Source: Scenedesmus sp. PABB004
Taxonomy: Eukaryota
DNA: 64,000 bases
Direction: 5' to 3'
NCBI GenBank assembly: GCA_014905635.1
Contig: JABVCE010000003.1
Location: 248,001-312,000, forward strand
Shown: positions 59,101-64,000 of the stretch, in pieces
Layout of the letters: each line of letters starts with the position of its first letter
How positions within the stretch are numbered: position 1 is the first letter of the stretch
Translations under genes and position numbers: made by a program
The notes under the pieces: model-generated
Told to the model about the DNA's origin: nothing
Database searches by the model: none
The model's input: only the letters and a program-made list of their open reading frames with translations

Positions 59101-62030
59101 GCCCACACGCGCGCGAGCGCGACGGGCGCGGCCAGCACCTGCTCCGCCATGTGCGGGTGGCTCGCGAGGCGCTGCAGGCAGTGCAGCACCGCCACCGCCT
59201 GCGCGTGCGGCGGCGGCGGCGACGGCGCGGGGCGGCGCGGCGGCGTGCGCGGGCGCCTCGGCGTGCTGGCGCGGCACTGGCCCCGCCGGCGCGCGCGCGC
59301 GGCGGGCGGTGCCGCGCCTGCTTGATGTCGTCCGGCGCCAGCGCCGGCGCGGCCAGGCCGGGCTGCAGGTCCTCCGGGAGCAGAGCGAGCACCGCGACGA
59401 TGGCCTGGGGGTCGAGCTCGCAGCCCTCGCCCGCGACAAGCGAGACGCCCGCGTAGGGCACGCACGCATTGAACTCGTACACGCACTCCAGCATAACGTT
59501 GGCCGCGTCCTGCGCGCTCAGCGCCTCGCCCGGCGCGCCGCCGCGGTGCGGCGCGCCCGCGCCGGCGCCGCCGCCGCCGCCGCCGCGCGCCGCCGCGGCG
59601 GCCGCAGCGGCCAGCGACGGCGGCGCGCCGCCGCCGCCGCCGCCGCCAGGGCTGGCGGCGAGGTCGGGCAGCGCGGCGCGGCTGGCGCGCGGCGAGGAGC
59701 TGAAGCTGATGTGGCTCTGCGGGGTCGGGCACGGGGTGTGGGTGAGCTCACCCCCGCGCGTGGCATGGCACGGGGCACGCAGCGTGCGCGGCGCGCGCCT
59801 GGTAGAAGAGGCTGGACGAGCCGTTGAGCGCCGGCGCGACGTCGCGCCCGCGCGCGCTCAGCTCCGCGACGTACAGGCGCGTGAGCTCGGGCTCGGGCTC
59901 GCTCGCGGGCGCGTGGCTCGCGTGCTTGTGGTCGGTGATGACCACGTCGCCGGGGCAGGTGAAGCCTGCGGCCGCGGCGCCAAGGGCGGCCAAGGGCACG
60001 CGGGCGTGACGGGCGAGCGGGCGAGCGGGCGCGGCGGCGGGCGGGGCGGCGGGCGCGGCGGCGGCACGGGGCTCACCAGGCATGACCGCGATGGGCCGCC
60101 CCGCCGCCGCCTGCGCCGCGCCGAGCACGGCCGCGAGCACGGCGTCGCGCGCGGGCGTGACAAACTGGCTCGGCGCCGCGCCGTCCTCCCACTCGACAGC
60201 GAGCAGCTTGGGGTCGTCTGCGGGCGCGGCCGTGCCGCGCACGCGTGTGCGCGGGCAGGCTCCAGCAGCTGCGCGGGCCGAGGGCCCGCGCGGCGGCAGG
60301 ACGGGCGCGCTGCCGCCGGCGCCGGCGCCGCACCCGCAAAGCGCACGAGCGCCGCGACGGCGCTGAGCGGGCGGCGCGTGACGACGTCGTGGCTGTCCAC
60401 GCGGCGCGTGATGAGGCTGCTGGGCGTGACCACGAGCCGGCGCGCCACCGTGTTGGCGCCTGGACCGGCGCGGCGCCGCGGCGGCGCTGCTGTGAGCGCG
60501 CAGCGGGCGCGCGCGCGCCGCCCGCCGCCGATCGCGCCCCCGCCCCGTCCGGCGCCCGCACCCGCCGTGACCAGGACGTCAGCCATGCCCGCGAGCGCCT
60601 CCAGGCTCAGCTTGCGCGCCGACTGCGCTGGGCTGGCCTGCAGCAGCTGCGGCGGCAGCAGGTCGGCGCGGCCGCGCAGCGCCTCGACCTCCCACTGCCC
60701 GAGCGGCGCCTCGCCCGCCTCGCTGCTGCTGCTGCGCTCCGCGAGCAGCACCGCCTCCAACAGCTCCTGCAGGCTGGTGCGCGCCGAGCCGTCAACTGCG
60801 GGCGTTCAGGCGCGCGGCGGGGCGGCGTGGGCGGCGGCGCCGACAAGGCCGCGCGGGCGGGCACGCGGCGCGCAGCCGCCGCCGCGCCCACTCACGTGTG
60901 ATGTGCGTGGCGAGCTTGCTGCGCGCCGCCGCCTGCAACTGCGACAGCAGCGCGTCGCGGCCGCGCAGCGCAAACACGCGCGGCGTGCTGCGCCCGAGGC
61001 GCGTCATCACCGCAAACACGCCGCCCTGCGCCGCCGCCGCCGCCGCCGTCGCCGCAGCGGCCGCGTCCGCGCCGCCGGCGCCCCCGCCGCCCGGCGGCGC
61101 TGGTGGCGGCGCGTAGGGCGCGAGCAGCATGATGCCGGGCGAGGACAGCCGCGCGTAGTCGCACCGCCACTTCACCGCGCCTGCGGCCGGCGGCGCGGCG
61201 GACAGCAGTTCTTCGTGCGGGGCGGCAGAGGCCGCCGCGCGCCCGGCGCGGGGCTGCGACGGGCCGCCGCCGCGCCGCGACGGGCCGCCGCCGCGCCGCC
61301 ACGCGCGCGCACCGGTCGCAGGGTCGAGCGACTCCAGGCCGTACGCCGTCACGCGCAGCTTGATGGGCTTCCAGCAGCCACCGCTGCGCGACCACTTGAC
61401 CGCCGCGTGGTCGTGGTGCGGCCTGCGCGCGGCGCGGGCGGCGTCGGCCCCACTGCCGCCGCCGCCGCCGCCGTCGCCGCCGCCGTCGCCGCTGGCGGGC
61501 GTGCCCACCCGAGCACGCGCGCCGCGACCGCGCAGCGCCCCATCGCCGACGCCGCGGCCATGCATTGGAAGAGGTCCGTCAGCAGCAGCTGCCGGTGGCG
61601 GCACGTGAACTTGAGCGGCTTGAACTTGCTCTGCGCCGCGGCGCAGGGCAGGCGCGGCGCGGCGCGGCGCGCATCGCCCGCGGCGGCGGCGCTCGGGGCT
61701 CCTCTGCTGCCCGCGCGCCGCGCGGCGCCGCGCGCGCGGCGGCGCCGCGCCGCGCCGCCGTGTCACCTTTTTGTCCTGGCGCGCGGTGATGACGAACTCA
61801 AACTCGTCCGCCCCGAGCGCCACGCTCTCGATGTCCGAGTCGCCGGCAAAGGCGTACGAGTTGGTGAGCAGCAGCGTGCGCTCCGGGTTTTGCGTGTGCA
61901 CCGCGCTCGGGGTGATGCAGAAGATGCGGCGGTAGCGCTTGTACCAGGCGTGCTTGGTCGTCACGTAGCGCGCGAGGCAGTCGGGCGGCTTCAGCTCCGG
62001 CCGCGCGCGCCGGCCGAGCAGGCGGTCCAT
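50165..62030 (-). CDS. DNAJC13: RME-8 / GRV2 / DNAJC13 endosomal J-domain protein
   Basis: LARYVTTKHAWYKRYRRIFCI..TNSY N-terminus; IWN-type repeats (LIWNESTRRELRDAL, VVWTAAMR, VIWNSGMREEL, CLWDGRM); GYF2-like KEWYFY..GPLSKEAL; WCHRYYLRNLCDE; J domain FHPDKNP; FKYAGYP; GGVYVRLY; YRDQRHDMFL. More than 25 introns. Confidence 0.96.
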
Positions 62031-62591
62031 GCCGGCGCGGCGCGGCGCGGCGCGCTCGCCAGCAGTCCTGCTGGCTCACACACGCGCGTGCCGCTGCTGC
62101 GCCGCGCCGAGCCGGCGGGGGCCGCGGGGCATGGCCTGCGCCGGAGCCAGCGGCTGCCGCCGTGTGCGCGGCGGCGGGGCTGCGGCGGCGCCGCGAGGCG
62201 GTTGGCAGCGGCGCGCGCCGACGTTCGGCGGGGGCCTGCGCGGCGAGGCCTGTGCGGCGAGGGCTGTGCAGCGGCGAGGGGGACTCTGCCGGGCGGTCTG
62301 GGGGGCGATCGGAGCTGCAGCGCGCTGACAGCAGGGCAGCAGGGCAGCAAACCCTCGCGCTTCTGCAGTCTGCCCTGCTGTCATGCTTTGAGCGCCCGCA
62401 CCCTCGCCGCAGAACGCACCGCCAGGACGATCCACCCACGCCGCCACCACGCGCAGCTCGGCACGCAGAGAGACAGCGCCCCAGCTCGCAATCACCGCCC
62501 CCCAGCGCCCCGCCCGCCGCGCCAGCGCGCTTGCCCGCTCGCCCCGACACCCCTCCGGAGTCCCCGGCGCCTCACGAGCAGCCGCAGCGCC

Positions 62592-63418
62592 ATGGTGCGG
62601 GACCGGCAGGCGCCGGCGGGGGCCGCCGCTGCTGCCGCCGCCCGGCGCTCACGCGCTGCCGCGCCGCGCCGCGCCGCAGGAGATGCACCACAAGCTCCGC
62701 CGCGACCCGTCGTGGCACCCCAACGGCTGCAACCTCTGCGGCCAGGTGCGCTGGCGGCGCCAGGCGCTGCCGAGCGCGGCTCGCCGGCCGCGGTCGCTGA
62801 CGCCGCGCGGCCGCTCCCGCCCGCCGCTGCGGCGGCGCGCAGCTGGGCCACCAAGCGGCGGAGTGCCCCAACGGCACGGTGAACTGGAAGGCCATATACG
62901 GCGAGGACACGTTTGTGCTGCGGCCGCCCGTGTACGAGAGCCAGCTGCGCGAGCGGCGCAAGCTCAAGACCGTCGACGCCGCCGACCTGACGCGCCGCGC
63001 CGAGGAGTTTGCAAAGGCCGCGCTCGAGAAGCAGGGCAAGGCGTGGGAGGAGGTGCAGCGCGAGGCGGAGGCCTCGCAGACCGCCGTGCAGCCGCCGGCG
63101 GCGCAGGCAGCAGCAGACGCGGGCGGCGCGGCGGCGCAGCCGGCGGCGGCAGGTGCGCGCGGCCGGCGGCGGCGGCGGCGGCGGCGGGCCGCGCGTGCGC
63201 CCGTGCGCCCGTGCGTGCCGCGCCAAAGCCCACGCCGCCGGCCCCGCGCGGTGCTGGCCGCCCGCCCCGCCCCGCCGCCGCCGACGCCAGGAAGCGCGCC
63301 CAAGCCGGACGAGGGGCTGCCGGAGGGCTGGGCCGTCGCGCACGACCCCAACGGCAAGCCCTACTACTGGCACAAGGCGACGCAGAAAGTGCAGTGGGAC
63401 AAGCCCACCGCCGCGTGA
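62592..63418 (+). CDS. CCHC zinc knuckle + WW domain protein
   Basis: M|EMHHKL..GCNLCGQ|LGHQAAEC (C-x2-C-x4-H-x4-C) and C-terminal LPEGWAVAHDPNGKPYYWHKATQKVQWDKP; 3 introns. Confidence 0.85.
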
Positions 63419-64000
63419 GCAGTGGCGGCGCGGTGTCGGCACTTTGCACGTCCGGCGTCGTAACCCGCGCCGGCGTGTGACCGCGTGGCGCCCCCGCCAC
63501 TGGCGAGCAAGCAGGCTCAGCAGGGCGGTCCCGATCCGCTGCCGGCCGACACCGCCGCCGCTGCGGAGCCCCGACCGTTGCGCCGCCGCCGCTGTCGCCG
63601 CGGCCTGGCTGCCCGCCCGCCCGGCCCTCGAGCCGGCAGTCCACACGCCCGTCGTCGACACGCACACGCGCACGCCAGCGCTCGCCCGCCGGCGCGTTGG
63701 AGGGGCCGTCGCTGCTGCTGCTCCCGCGCTCGCGCGGGGCGGGTGGGCAAGCTGGGCTGTGCGGGCTCCAAGGAGGCTGATCGCGAGCCCGTCGGGAGCA
63801 GCGACGCGTGCGTGTGCCACGGGCCGCGCTCGCGCCCGCCGACTGGCGCCCACGCGCCCCGGATCGGCCGCGCCGCCCGGCCCCGGCTCGCGGCCCGGCT
63901 CCTGGCGCGGCCTGAGCGCGCGGGCTGAGCGCGGCCCGCTGCCTCGCCCGCGCGCAGGTCAGCACCAGCACCCGGCGCCAAGGGGCAGCAGCCCGCTGGG

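Noticed and set aside
1..64000. Hundreds of long overlapping Arg/Ala/Pro/Gly-rich ORFs on both strands (e.g. 59469-62882, 31483-34599)
   Set aside because: Stop codons are rare at this GC content; these are shadow frames of spliced genes with no recognisable domains.
63517..64000. 3' end of a minus-strand gene entering from the right edge
   Set aside because: Open frames and a TGCAA at 63444-63448 are compatible, but no frame gives recognisable protein, so it is not called.

Overview
Gene-dense, extremely GC-rich (roughly 80% by eye) eukaryotic nuclear DNA with short introns. Donors are mostly GTGCG, acceptors GCAG, branch-like motifs CTCAC/CTGAC, and TGTAA poly(A) signals are present. With plastid-targeted genes (MEX1, OPR, GST) this points to a chlorophyte green alga (inference). 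The six-frame ORF track is mostly GC artefact, so I spliced about 21 genes by hand: UBAP1-like (5' partial), a hypothetical helical protein, SKI3, MEX1, TMEM184/LAZ1-like, glycerol-3-P permease, TMEM41/DedA, C2H2+F-box-like, GST, RFC1, a small single-TM plastid protein, OPR protein, TRM112, CPSF73, FAM183/CFAP144-like, RPS17, eIF3e, NRAMP, an orphan tandem-exon-repeat protein, RME-8/DNAJC13 and a CCHC-WW protein. The most unusual region is 43.67-50.18 kb. There NRAMP and the orphan gene sit between convergent eIF3e and RME-8 and are bracketed by duplicated copies of both neighbours' 3' ends, as expected for a nested insertion island. The orphan gene also shows a precise intron presence/absence difference between its tandem units. 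Window-wide oddities: about 15% GC-AG introns (all AG|GC), four ATG-only first exons, a recurring GACCGTCAC promoter motif and TGCAA poly(A)-like signals. No tRNA, rRNA, CRISPR array or transposase was recognised. All family calls rest on recalled motifs, not database searches, and exon boundaries are manual.
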